NCBI GenBank assembly: GCA_964035545.1 | Contig: OZ037769.1 | Coordinates: forward strand, 8,599,929-8,663,928 | DNA: 64,000 nt | Direction of reading: 5' to 3' | DNA from: Bugula neritina | Taxonomy: Eukaryota; Animalia; Bryozoa | Shown: positions 51,401 through 64,000 of the stretch, piece after piece | Position numbering within the stretch: position 1 is the first letter of the stretch | Layout: the number at the start of each line of letters is the position of its first letter | Program-made: the position numbers and the translations under genes | Notes under the pieces: model-generated | Told to the model about the DNA's origin: nothing | The model's input: the letters and a program-made list of their open reading frames with translations, nothing else | Databases searched by the model: none

Positions 51401-54400
51401 AAAAACAAAACTGGAAGCATAGCTAATAAAGTGCTAGAAGCAAAGTTTATCAAAATGACTAGGAGGAAGATGAATATCAATCACATGTTAACTGAGACTT
51501 CGCCCAGCCAACAATGTGCAGCTATTACACAGTGTGTGACATTTAGAGGCGGGCTTAGTGCAATAACGTAATATACTTGGTTCTGACTGGCTTGAACTTG
51601 GCATAGCCTACACTCTATGCTCTATACGTAAGTCGTTTTGAAGAGCAGAGCCAGTTCATGATCAGAAGATGGCTGATTAGGCAATACATGTGTTTGCTAT
51701 GAGAGTGGGAAGACTCTTCAAAGAAAGTGGCTCATCTATGCCCAACCCATTTGTTAATAAAAACAAGAAAATAAAATACAAGAGATTAAATATTATTCCA
51801 TTTTTATAGCTGAGACCGCACAAAATTTACATCCTATTTAACCACATGGTACATCTAGATATATACCATGTTTTATAACCAAGCAAAGTTTAATGTATCA
51901 ATGTAGCTTTATTTCAACACTCATAAACATACTTAATTTATAATAACATATTAAACAATATTACTATAATTATGCAGCAATTTGTTATTCTGTGAATTTA
52001 TTTGCATTAGATTTGGATTAATATTGCCCACTATTTAGACGTTGAATTAATATGAAAGGCAGTAGAACTAGGCTTCGTGTGGACTGAAAGATGAAACCAT
52101 ATTATTGCACTAAGTACAGATCTTGATGAAAACCTACGCCCAACAGACTTGTACTGGAAGAGTTTAATACAGCTGAGTATAGTGGATGTTTTGCTTATAA
52201 ATTACCTGCAGCTAGATTTGGTGGTTAGTATTTTAGACAGCTTTGTAATCAGAATTATGGAACCTGGCATCATACATGGTAACCTAATGGCATGCGGTAA
52301 ATCTGGAGTAATTTCTAATTAAAAAGTTAAAAATGGACAAAACTGACAGACACATTCTTTTTAAAGAGTTATTAATAACATTCAATGTTCAATGGTAGTC
52401 AATTATTTTAGAGGAAACGGAAAAGAGTGAAATGTTGATTATTGCAAAGCCAATTATCGATACACAGTACTGTTACCACAGAATCTCTGCTTTCCAAGAT
52501 AATAAAAAACTAAATACTAGGTAAACGTCAAGCATCTCAAAATAAAAAATGTATAAATTTAGCTTTAATCACCGAGTTCAATAAACTATTTGAATAAAAC
52601 AAGGTGGGGCATTTGGGAGGAAACTGTTGCAATTAGGTATAATATAGCGTCATACAGTTACTAGAATGTGGTGTACATTCTGGAGAGCTGGTAAAGGACT
52701 CTTAGCAGCAACTAACAACTATATATACTACCAGCTTGCTACTGTATTGAGACTTTTGCATATATTATACTGAAAGCACATTGTACTAAGTACTGGTCTA
52801 ATTTTTAACTATTAGGCATGATGAGTAGAAACATCAAGTGTTATTAGGTGAAATTTTGTACTTTGTTTGGCTCTGCACTTCTAAATGCAAAGGGCATAGT
52901 AAGAATATGGTTATTCTAAAATTATTTAATGAAAAAATTAAAAAGAGTTTTTGAAACTGTTTCGCAACTGAAAGGTTTAAAACATCTATATGCATCCATA
53001 AAAAGTGACTGCTACGACGGGATTTGCGAAAGATAAATGTTGTCTTTACCTTGGTCATCTCTTCTATACAGAACCAGAGTTTTTGGCAGCCATAAAGTTT
53101 AGCCAGTCTCTGCTCAGCCAGAACTTTCAACCTGGATACCTCTTTCCCTGTCTGACCCAGTGATTGAAGGCTGTCCATTACGTCTCTAAATATACAAACC
53201 ATTATTCAATAGAAGTGCTCAGGCTATAGACTGCATTTGCAGCACAGGTGTTTTATAATGACGGAGAGCTATATTTTATATGCTATGAATATCAACTATC
53301 TCTCTATGAATATAATTTTATATCCTACACAGCTTTGCAAATGTGTAGCTCTTGATAAAAAAATTGAAAATTCTAATCTTGGACAGTAAAGGCATATACA
53401 ATACTTGAATTCTGCTAAATTTCGAAAAGCAAAAATATTCAAGACAACCTTAATTTCTACCGCAAAATTTATAATCCACACTAACCTAAAAGCATGTGTT
53501 CCAGTCATGAACGTATTGAGATCATCAAGGAGTTGTCTGATCTCAGCATCTCTCAGTATATTGAGGGAGTTAATATCATCTACGTCTGACGGGTAACGTG
53601 ACCCTTCTTCTGTATACTTTGACCTGTTGAGTTGTTTGACAGTTCTGTCAATGATGTCTACAGCATTCTTGTGTTGATGTATGACATTTCCTGCATGCCT
53701 TATAGTTTGAGGTACCAAAGAGAGGCTGTGAATTGACTGAAAAATCTCTCCAAAAGCTCTTTGGTGCTGCTGTACTTTCTTTTCAAGGCACTGAAATACA
53801 TTTACATAAATTTACTGTAGGTTTAGAAGTCCAGGGCCATGTTTAAAGGACTTACTGTGTAACTTTGGGAGCTGTGAAGCATTTCAATCACTGTGTTTAC
53901 ATTACTTTGAATTTTGCCGGCTGTTTCCAAACACAGAAGAAAAAATACATTGCATAATGCATAATGCATGGAAACATGTGGAATATTCAATTAAATTCAA
54001 CAGTGCCATGCTCATACATGTATGTCAGCATAACTTACAGCATGTGATCTAATCCAAGAGTCAGCGTCAAACTGATAGGTACCACCCAGCTGTATAGGTA
54101 GTTTGTCAGGACTTAGTCTGATTGCATAGTCATGGACTGTACTGTAGGTAATCTGCATAGAGAAACGGAAAAGTAGTAATAGTGCTACAGCTGCAACAGC
54201 AACGTGTCATAATTTAAGCAAAAACCGATCTAATAAGGTATGGGCAAAGAATTAGGTTTTTTAATAGTATCGGTTTTAGCGGAACTTGTTTGACTATGAA
54301 TTAAGGCAATCACATGTCAAGCCCAAATGCTAAATTAAAAGTTAAGCTAAGCAAAATGCTGGAACTTTTCACCTAAAATAATATGTTACTGTTGAACCAT

Positions 54401-57400
54401 GCAGCGTGTATAAAATTAACAATTTACTAATTACCATAAATGCAAACTATTTAATAAAGCACTTTTATATAATCAGCAAACTCAACCTGTATATCAGAGT
54501 GGATAACATCTAGTATAAGCTGCAAATGGTGTCTGCAATATTAAAAAATAGTGTATGGTGCAGCCGTAAGTGTCTTCCCAACCGGCTGTACAGTATACAA
54601 TATAATGTATCCAGTCTGCATATTATTATCATGGCTCAAAAATTTTAAAGGCTTGCTTTGGTCACATTGGAAAGTTTTATGTTGAAAAACATGACAGGCT
54701 TTTCTGTTAGCCCAATTAAGTGTAGTCCCTTACAAGGGACTGCACAGTGAGTCCTGTAAAGAAATATGCATTTTATCATGAAAATACCTAATTTCTAAGC
54801 TGCTCAGCCAATTTCTAACTATAGTCTAATTAGTCAATCAATATTGAGCATGCAGATCAAACCATTTTTAGCATCACTAATTTTTAAAAGTGATGATGAT
54901 GTAAAACTGTAAAACGCCTAAGAGGCTTTTTGTTTCTTACAAAAACATCTCAATGTGGAGTGACCTTAATAATACTAAAGGCACACATATGCACGTAGCA
55001 GCTTGTTCAGCCGCTACATTGTATCTAGGGCAAGAAAACACAATTAAATCCACAGGAACCACCACTCACTATTTTAGCTATACGAAACCACAAGTGTTTA
55101 TTATATATAGACACATAAATAAACTATTAATATAACATAAATTGTCAACTACTTTTATTTGCCCATTCACCATTTAACTAGCTTGATAGAATTTTAAACA
55201 ATCTAGTAATTTGATGTTTTCTTCGCATTTGAACGAAAAATAGAAGATCATATATATTTTTGTTCAAAAGTGAAAGTTAGACTCTAGTTACACTGGACTT
55301 TAAGATAGGTTCGACTTTCAATAACCTAGGTTCAGTGCTCATGCAATAAATGCACTAATAAGAAACCATTTAACTAAGTTCTTAGACTTTATGTATAGAG
55401 ATTTTGGTTTAGAATGTGAGATAAAAAAGCGATTTAGTTTTATGCTAAACTTTAGCTTCAACGATAAAATTAAAATCATAATTTTTATTGAAAGATTTTG
55501 ATGTTACAAAATTAAACGCAAATTTTTCCATCTCATGGAACTTGCAGCGATGTTAGTGGTCATCAAATATATAAAGCCGAGAAAATAGGTTTTAGAGTAA
55601 AAATTGCATTAGCAATATTAAACTTGTAGCCTGCATGTGGTGAGATGGTAGACATGGTATCACTTTCACAAGATGTAATGAAATGGAATGCTAACATTGT
55701 AAACAAAAGGTGACAAGCAAATTCACTGAGTTAAACTTAGAAATGTGTGAGTAATTCAGATAATCTGTTCTCTACAGTTCATTGAGATGTCATGAAATGA
55801 TATGCCTGCAGGAACTGACTGCTACGTCAAACTGTAGCAAGAGTGAGTAACTATGATTTATAGCATCCCACCAAAATTGGCAGCTGTGAGTCTCCTGTTT
55901 TCCAACGAAATATATTTTGTAAGATAGAAGCAAAAACTATTCCCTAAACACTTGAAGACGTTTGAGTGTCATTTTGATTTTTTCAAAGTGGAGAAGAAAA
56001 TTACGAGTTCAAATTTTCAAGATGTTGGCAGAGCACTGACAGTGGCAGATGTGCCATGTTGAGTGCTGTTGGTTAAGTTTTATTTGAATGAGAATGATCA
56101 AAATCTGAAGGATGTGCTATTATTTGTAAACATACACTAATTAGCTAATTATTTTTCAACAAGATTTCTTTATAAAATGCATCATTCAACTAGAATGAAA
56201 ACGAATTAAGCAGAATAGTAAAAGAAACTGAAGCTTTTAGGTTGAAATGGATTAATCCAACTGATATTTAAATAAACTATAGATAATTCAAACAGACTTG
56301 GCATCAGAGTATCGCTTATAAATCTATTATTTTTGGTTAGCTTAATATCTCATAATCATTTAATCTCAACAATAGTTTCAAAATATTAATATGTAATTTG
56401 TTTCTAATTTAACTTTTTTTAACAAAATAACATAAAGCAGTCACCATGCTCTGAAGCATACAACCTTATTTGCAGGCTTCTTATGCACACTTTGAAAAAT
56501 ACACAACTTCTATACAGGTTCACATAACTTGCTACAAAACTCTGTGTATATTTGCATACCTTTACGTTGCTTGGCTGGCTGGTTAAGATATCAGACTCTA
56601 TTGTCTTTGGAGAATACAGTAATGGTTCTTCTATAATAAAGCTGGCAACTGATATTCCACCTTTAGAGTTTTTCTGTAGAAATAATATTGTTCGATAAAT
56701 CAAAATTATACACCATGCTTTAAAAAGGCAGGGTAGGCTAAGCAATAACTGGTATTTCTGAAACTTAATGTAATTTGAATACTCAAGTAGCAACAATATG
56801 CTTGGGTTAGTTTTCAATAAAATACTTTCGATGTAAAGCTGTTATGATGTGCATTTTTGCATATATAAAGTTATATTTAACCATAGTTTAAAATCAAGGA
56901 ACTTTTTTATTTGTTATTTATAACATATATAACTTTAAGAAACCCCCCCCCCCCCTTAGATTAAGCTTAGAATCAGTAAAATATTTGGTATTATTACTGA
57001 TCTATCTTTTCATTTGTTATATAAATATATATAGTTTTGTCTAGTATACAGCAGAATATACATTTTTACTAAAATGCCCTGCTTCTCAAAAAATTAAATT
57101 TTGTCACAAAACTCACGATATTCTTCCAAAAAATGAAAAGAAGTTATGGCATGAGCTAAGCACACATTTAAATCGAATCACTGGTCACTAAAACTTACCA
57201 AGAATAGAGATGAGCTATGGGTTAAATTCCTACTTACACATTTACTCCCACATCAACCTTGCAGTCACAGAAGCAAAGTAACTAAACTCTTAGACACAGC
57301 ATGAGTATGGCAAATATTTTATGCGTCAGCATCATTGATTGGTTGGTTATTCTAAAGATTGATACTAACTGAAAGTTTGTATAAAACTAAACCAATTTGT

Positions 57401-60400
57401 TTACTTTGAAATAAATACAAGTACTAGCTACTCCATAAACAAAACTTGAATACTGGCACACATTGCTAGTTGTGATAGTAACTGATTCTTACAAAATGTA
57501 GCTAGCAGCTATTTGAGCTACTTCATTACAGACTAGTATGGAGAATAACTGTAGACAAAAGCAAATAATATGCTAAAATAAACATTTGTACCAGTTATGA
57601 ATACAGCTCTCAAGTGCAGTAGCAAATTGAAACTGGTTTAATTTCAGTTGCACTATTCAGTAAAACAAAAACCTTTTAATTAACCAACTTTTTAAATCAG
57701 AATATCTGTAACTGAGACGAAATGTGATCTTAGTTTATAGTTGCACCTGTTACCCAAGTCTCAATACAGCATACACTTAGTTGCCTAATCATTATTAGAT
57801 AAGCTTTCAAATAAATACAAACTATAATTAATCAGCCTGAATATATAAGTATCTAATTTATACTTAGCTGTTCCATGTTAAAGGGTGTGTTAAGGACAAG
57901 CTTAGCTAAAGATATACATAGGTTAGAGTGGAGCTAAGAGCATGCCCTGTACCACATGGCGCACTTTCCTACTATATTCCCCAAACTTTATACTATAATC
58001 TATATGATAGCTATTGTTCAAAGTAAAAATATATAAAGTATAGAATTGAGGTAAGAGATATACAAATGCAGAAGAAATAAACTCTAATAAGAAATGTACC
58101 TGTGAAATTTCTATAGACTCTTTGATCAGATGGTTTACAGGTTCTGGAGAGGTTCTGCTGTCCACAACAACTGATATCTTCCCATTTCTACATAAAAATG
58201 CTATTCGTTTACATAATCATTGCCTGTAGCCCTTTTATACTGTATAAAGGTAATAAAATTAACAGTCCAAGGTTGTAGATTGTTATATATGGCACCACCT
58301 TAATATATTTCAGTAACCCAGTTTACTGGGTTACTGAAATATTATGAAAAAACATAATTATATTCAATGCTCATCACTCAACCCGTACATGACTCAAAGT
58401 TGGGGCTCCAATTATTAGTGCACATTTATTCATATGTCTAAATTATATCTAGCATCTATAGCTATCTGAAAAGTTTGTCTTTAAAGTTTAAGTGATTTAG
58501 GTATACATCATTTCCTGTCATTATCTATCGCTACTTTTATTATGTACTTCCTAACTATGATCTCATCCATTAGTGTGTCAGTTACGCAGTAAATATGTCA
58601 ATGTAGTTGATTCCATAATACTTCAACGGATCTTCTAGTGACTCAAGGGTTTATCGAAATACAGCTGTTATGATATATATTGTTCTATAGGTCTCTATAT
58701 ACCATATCTACATAGACATACATGTCTATAAATTCATGCGTATATAATATCATGGTGTGAAGTCTATACCTGACTGTAGCTGAAATATACTCTAAGAAGT
58801 TGGAGAGATCATGGAGGCAATCCTCATCACAATGAGCCCAGGCTTGACTGTGAGCTTCTATAAACACTACTAGACCACCATTATCCTCTCCTGCAACAAG
58901 TATGTACAGATCAGTATTTTATAAATAGTATCTGTAGACAGTATATTTTATAGATAGTATCTATAGACAGTATATTTTATAGACTGTATAACTTCTTTCT
59001 TCAGTCAGGGTTTTGAAAGAATAGTACATTTTGTCTGGTATTAGATTATTTGTTATAATCTTCTTTACTCCTTTCCAATAAAAATGAATTGCATAGCTGC
59101 AAGTAACCAACTTTAATAATAAGTTTCAAAAATTTAAATAGGAACACAAATTGGATCCCTAATACAATTATTACATATATAACATTGTGTTGCAGATCAT
59201 CCTGGGGACAGTTCTATCCCATGCATACACCAATGGCTGTACACAATGCCAAACCATCCAACATATCTCAATGTAATTTCCACTAAGGAATATGAGTACT
59301 AATAATATAGAGCTGCAAAAACACCCTTGATAATTGTTGGTATAAATAAATACCTGATGAGTTTTTAGAATGAGATTATTTTGCTAAAAAATGTTTGGTA
59401 TTAACTTGAAATTAATTGGCTGATTAAAACACTGAAGCAGAGAGTTTAGACTTAAAGTCATATCAGCCACAGATGATGGCCACAGCAGCCTAATCTGTAG
59501 CAAACACAGTTAATCTGTAGATTATATAGTGACAAAGTGATAGAATGACTCACCACTGATGACGAGAGCTCCAGCAAGTATGAGGTTGAGATTTAGGTCT
59601 AAGACAGAGAGGTGGCAGGATCTGCCAGGTCTGCTTGCTGTAACATATGACAATAAACATATCATATAACATATTGCTATACAGTAACAATACATATCAT
59701 ATAACATATTGCTATACAGTAACAATACATATAACATATTGCTATACAGTAGCAATACATATCGTATAACATATTGCTATACAGAAACATATCATATAAC
59801 ATATTGCTATATGGTAACATATCATATAACATATTGCTACACAGTAACAATACAGATAAAATATTGCTGCACAATAACAACACATATAATAACATATTCT
59901 AAAAAATACATGCTATTAACCTGCAATCAATCCCAAAAAGTAATCCTTGTTTATAGAGATTTACTTGTGCATAGCAAATACTATATTTATAAACAATTGC
60001 TATGCACTGTCTGCAAAGTCATAAACTTCATTTTTTGTAAATTTCAGAGCACTTGACATTTCTATACTGAATGCCCAATCATTAAATCTATGCGTTGACC
60101 GACTTTAATGTTAATTGGTATGCTATATTACTCGTGTAAATTTAAAATTTCAGCAAAGCATATATCTATCGTACTGAAATTGATATATAGAACAAAATTA
60201 ACATTCTTTAGAAGTGAATCGTGTCAGGAATTTTTTAATTATGTTTTGTAGTAAATATTGTTCTCTAAAAACGTTTTACAAAGAATTACATAGCAACTCA
60301 TAATCAGTTATTAATAATAGAAGAAGCTATGTCATTTTATATACGCTAAATTGATATTTTGACTACTTGAAGAATGAAAAAACTTAAAGGAAAGACGTGC

Positions 60401-61542
60401 TTGATATCTATACTCGGTTACATCATTATTGATCAGGTAGAATAAACTGACAGGATGGATCTTTACTAGTATAATTAAAAGAAGCTGTAGAATAGCGTTC
60501 TGCTTAGTAATTCAATAAATAGTTGAAAAAATTAGGGCTTTCTAAGACATAAATGTATATTTCTATCCATCTTCATCATGTACTTTTCCCAATACAAACA
60601 TTATTAAATAGAGAGGACAACTACATAAAAAATAAAACTTGCCATTAAGAAGTTGTCTTACCCAGATTTTCAAATAAATGGCAGCAAAAGTTGCATCTTT
60701 CTGCATCACAAAAATATTTCCAGATTCCATGACCCAGCTTAGCTGTATCAAATGTGTAGTGACAGATGCAAAACTCTGTGTCTACTTTTGTACCTAAAAG
60801 TAAAAATCATGTGACATTAATAATATAATCGACTTTTTAAGCAGTTGTATTGCCCTAAGAAGACAACTCAAATGTTATTGCATACTTTATTATAATGTTC
60901 TATGTTCAAATATCACGTACTATACAATATCATATTACATTGCAAGCATGACTAACCATGACTCATATATGAGAAATACCATCTTCAGTTGATAACCTAG
61001 CTATTATCAGAAAGTTATAAATATGGAACAATATAGCTTCAATTATATCCATAGTCATGAAATTGGCCAAGTTCCAAATGCACTTCTTTACATAAAATAA
61101 TATATACAAATATAGTATAATACTATAATATTAATAGGCTCAAATTCTCATACATTGAATCTGTAGCTGTCAAATTCTTAGCATTGTATTTGCTTAAACG
61201 GGCATGTAGCCTAACATGATTGTAACGTAGCATTAAATTTATACCTACACAATGTACGCTGGCAATATTAATGGGTTTAGCGCTATATCATAATATAACA
61301 ACTTGACGTAGTAACCAATACGAGGTAGAGAGTTACGTGAAGAGAGGAAGCACTCACAAGGGGGTGTAGTGACTGCCAAGTCACTCATCTCACTCAGTCT
61401 GTCGGTGAAGAGCCTCAGGGACTGCTCCAAAACATCAACTTTGTGGCTCAGAAACTCTAAGATGTGATTTGCATTGTGCAGCACATCAAAGCATGTCATC
61501 CTCACTTGTGTCCTAGGTCTAAGTCTCAGTGGGAACTCCAGT
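33453..61542 (-). CDS. PLEKHG4: Puratrophin-1/PLEKHG4(B)/ARHGEF40-like RhoGEF (SEC14 - spectrin-like - DH - PH), 5'-partial
   Basis: 20 phase-consistent exons: 61358-61542, 60662-60793, 59554-59637, 58770-58890, 58100-58187, 56560-56673, 54039-54152, 53486-53790, 53050-53185, 49873-49992, 46657-46848, 39683-40800, 38560-39028, 37970-38059, 36362-36574, 35995-36177, 35017-35308, 34015-34281, 33638-33777, 33453-33458. Motifs: LPIQLGGTYQFDADSWI (SEC14 end); HIMNELIQTEKDYV, IFGNIEKIYDFH, YALYNKNKPKSD, MDLSSYLLKPVQRMGKY, HGNDLLAMD (DH); DCDVNLQEQG, RHLFLFDDLLVFAK, GLTENVG..KFQIWFR (PH). The symbol is family-level, not proven orthology. Confidence 0.9.
36594..37370. repeat. 25-bp minisatellite, 31 copies (CTGAGATATACACCAGTKAGCTAGT)
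   Basis: Counted unit by unit; begins about 18 nt from the acceptor at 36575. Confidence 0.98.
42310..42500. repeat. Old degenerate minisatellite of about 30-33 bp (CATCAC...GGTGCTGCCTT)
   Basis: 5-6 diverged copies are visible. Confidence 0.6.
42586..42830 (-). promoter_or_regulatory. Candidate internal promoter / alternative first exon of the RhoGEF
   Basis: Strong donor GAG|GTAAGA at 42586/42585, E-box CACGTGAC at about 42746, and two GCCAATGAGATT boxes at about 42790 and 42818. Confidence 0.35.
58915..58988. repeat. Tandem repeat of about 27 bp, about 3 copies, next to an acceptor
   Basis: AGACAGTATATTTTATAGATAGTATCT repeats about 22 nt from the acceptor at 58891. Confidence 0.75.
59641..59895. 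repeat. Degenerate 28-33-bp minisatellite abutting an acceptor
   Basis: CATATCATATAACATATTGCTATACAGTAACAATA variants start immediately beside the acceptor at 59638-59639. Confidence 0.9.
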
Positions 61543-62799
61543 CTACAAACAAAAAATACAAACGTTAAGCCATTAAACTTAAATGCAAGTTTTTCAACCT
61601 AAACAATTATTACAGTGAAATTGAGAATTATCTTGCTTGATGTTTATGATGTTCATATTCTGTTACAAGCTTTTCTATTTATTGATAAACATATTTCAAC
61701 TAAAATTTACTTTAATTTGACTACAGTCACATTTACGACAAATTAATTAGTGTTTTTAAAAAACTTTGATGAATACGTTTTCATTCTTTTGCAACTCAAA
61801 TATATTTAAATATTATATAACTATTTTTATCTTAAATTGTAACCAATTACCACTCCATACAGGTATATATATCAGTTAATCCAACAGCCAAAATAAAGGG
61901 TAATTGTCTTCTATTTCTACATTGACAATCCCTAACTATAACAATATAAGGCTATCTTGGGGGTCATTGGTTAACAAATTCATAAATTCTGAGCTCAGGA
62001 GCAAATGCTTCCAAAACTATAATAAAACTAGTTAACGCCTATATTCCAGTATAACATGCTGGTAGGTGGTGCTACGGTTTAGCTTACTAGCACCAATACA
62101 GTGTATACACATTATTCTCCTAATATGAGCACAATTAATTACGCATTGCAATCGTATCATTAAGTATTTAAATCACTTATGCAGTTGAAAACTTAATGGT
62201 TCCAACCGAGGTTTAATCTTACAAACAACCCCACTGGATTTTTCCACCATGAGAATCATAGGCGATAATTCAATTTCATGTCCTTTACACTAGAATCACA
62301 GTTGTATCCTACAAACACTGTTACAATCTCTGGTTTTCTAATAACTTTTCTTAAATAAGTTTGAGATCATCAAACTTATGACCTAAAATCACACAACTTT
62401 CATGGGTGGTCTACTGCAGCCGAAATCTAATACACACTAAAGTTTTCTCAACCCCTGAAGTTGATACTAATACAAGAAAATAAGTTTAATAGTTCAGTAC
62501 ATGTTGTATTATGCATGCATATAATTATAAACCAAGCCAATTTGTAACCAAAGACTTTATTCATTTGCAATCATCATTAAGCTTAGTTGAGGGAGATAAT
62601 TCAGTGTAATGTCTCAGCTGTAGCTTAGTGGTGATTTTCCTTGTGGTTATTAGTTACTTAAAACAGGCAGAAGTGCAGTAAAAGACCATAATTATTTTAT
62701 TACCCATACTTCCATGATAGCATGTTGATAATTTATTACTAGCTTTAGTCTATGCTACACTGACTAACATTTAATTTATTGTACTTGTGCATGTGGAAG

Positions 62800-62990
62800 G
62801 TATAAACCTGTATACACAGTACACACACTATATCTATAGTCAGAAATATACCTGTATACACATACCTATAGTCACAAATATACCTGTATACACATACCTA
62901 TAGTCAGAGGTATACCTGTATACACATACCTATAGTCAGAAATATACCTGTATACACATACCCATAGTCACAAATCTACCTGTATGTACT
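62800..62990. repeat. 32-bp minisatellite, about 5-6 copies (TATACCTGTATACACATACCTATAGTCAGAAA)
   Basis: Directly visible. Confidence 0.9.
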
Positions 62991-64000
62991 CACACCTATT
63001 ATATAGCCAGAAGTTCTAACATCCTAAATTGGTATCAATAGGCTGTGAGCATGGACTATAATAATTATAACTGGTTGTAGACTAAAATATTCTTGAAAAC
63101 CTAATAATTAATTTTTTCCAAGAACTAAAACACAATTAGTATTTGTCGTAGTCACACAGCTTCCTGCCTAACAACTTATTCAAATATTAAAGTTAAATTA
63201 GTGTTGTATTTGACTACTTAACTATAAAAGCCTTGGTTTTATTGAGCAACATTTCTCTGCTATAATAGAGAAATTGGGTACTAATTTATCATAGGAGCAG
63301 AGTCTATAGCCTTGAAGGTGACCAGCCACCATCTTTATTGTTTGTCTTCAGAATGATGCTTCAGTAATGTTGCCATAGAGATAGAGTGAGAGTGTGGGAA
63401 TGCATTATGGTGCAGGTGAGCAATTAGTCAAGACTGGGGGGTTTGGCAATACAACAACAAGATTATTGCCCATTTATTTTAGTCTTAGGCATCGGAATAA
63501 GCTGAAGTCTAGACAATAGTCTCAAAACTAGCTAGTTTAAATTGAATTAACCCTGTTAGTAATTCTGCTCAAATATTATTACCTAAATTATAGTGCACTA
63601 ACAAAACAATCTACAGCACTGCTCAAATGCTTTTAATACTTGTGTAAAAGATTTGAAAAGGTAAGTAATGTAAGAAATGAGCAGTGGTCAACATTGCAAC
63701 AGATGCACAGTTCTTAAGCCGTAGTAAATATCAATTTGAGTTCTATTACTAAATAATAATTAATAAGAAACTGGCGTAAGTAATGGCAAATTTTTTTCTG
63801 CCGTAGTATTGCTTAGAATCTTATCAGCTCTCAACTGCTATATTAATAAAAGTCCAATTCAGTTGCTGTCCGATTACATGGTGAAGTTACTCATATGAGA
63901 ATTTGAATGCAGCTATTCTCTCAATTTTACCCTGGCATCTTAGGTTACTCGAACTCCTTGATTTATGCAATCCTAAGACAACTTTAGTTAGATAAATTAC

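Noticed and set aside
54487-54519. 33-nt in-frame micro-exon LILDVIHSDIQ in the RhoGEF
   Set aside because: Plausible splice sites, but the flanking exons already join in phase and there is no independent support.
59354-59375. Other CTGATGA motifs as hammerheads (also about 46281)
   Set aside because: No stem II followed by GAAA.
61245-61357. In-frame stop apparently truncating the RhoGEF
   Set aside because: A strong T|GTGAGT donor at 61358 exits before the stop in the phase needed by the next exon.

Overview
AT-rich, intron-containing invertebrate (metazoan) nuclear DNA; I see no prokaryotic features. Genes were assembled by hand from GT-AG exons with phase checks. In order: the 3' end of an unidentified + strand gene (1-921); a 5'-truncated, disabled ABCC/MRP NBD2 fragment (- strand, 1944-6525) whose intron carries a nested SINE > Academ > RTE insertion; a complete ARFGAP1 (+, 11127-15904, 12 coding exons); a convergent FASTK/RAP-domain gene (-, 16158-22624, 12 exons, about 602 aa); a foldback DNA element at its 5' end; a hAT-like element inside (TA)n; a Penelope-type minimal hammerhead ribozyme; an IFI6/IFI27 (ISG12)-family gene with a frameshift (-, 30160-31732); and a puratrophin/PLEKHG4-like SEC14-spectrin-DH-PH RhoGEF (-, 33453-61542, 20 exons, 5' end not found in the window). 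Two non-catalogue patterns stand out. First, most tandem repeats start at exon edges and several amplify the splice or stop signal itself (donor, branch point plus CAG, stop codon). Second, two long degenerate 6-bp-periodic tracts sit beside the inferred promoters of the two housekeeping genes.
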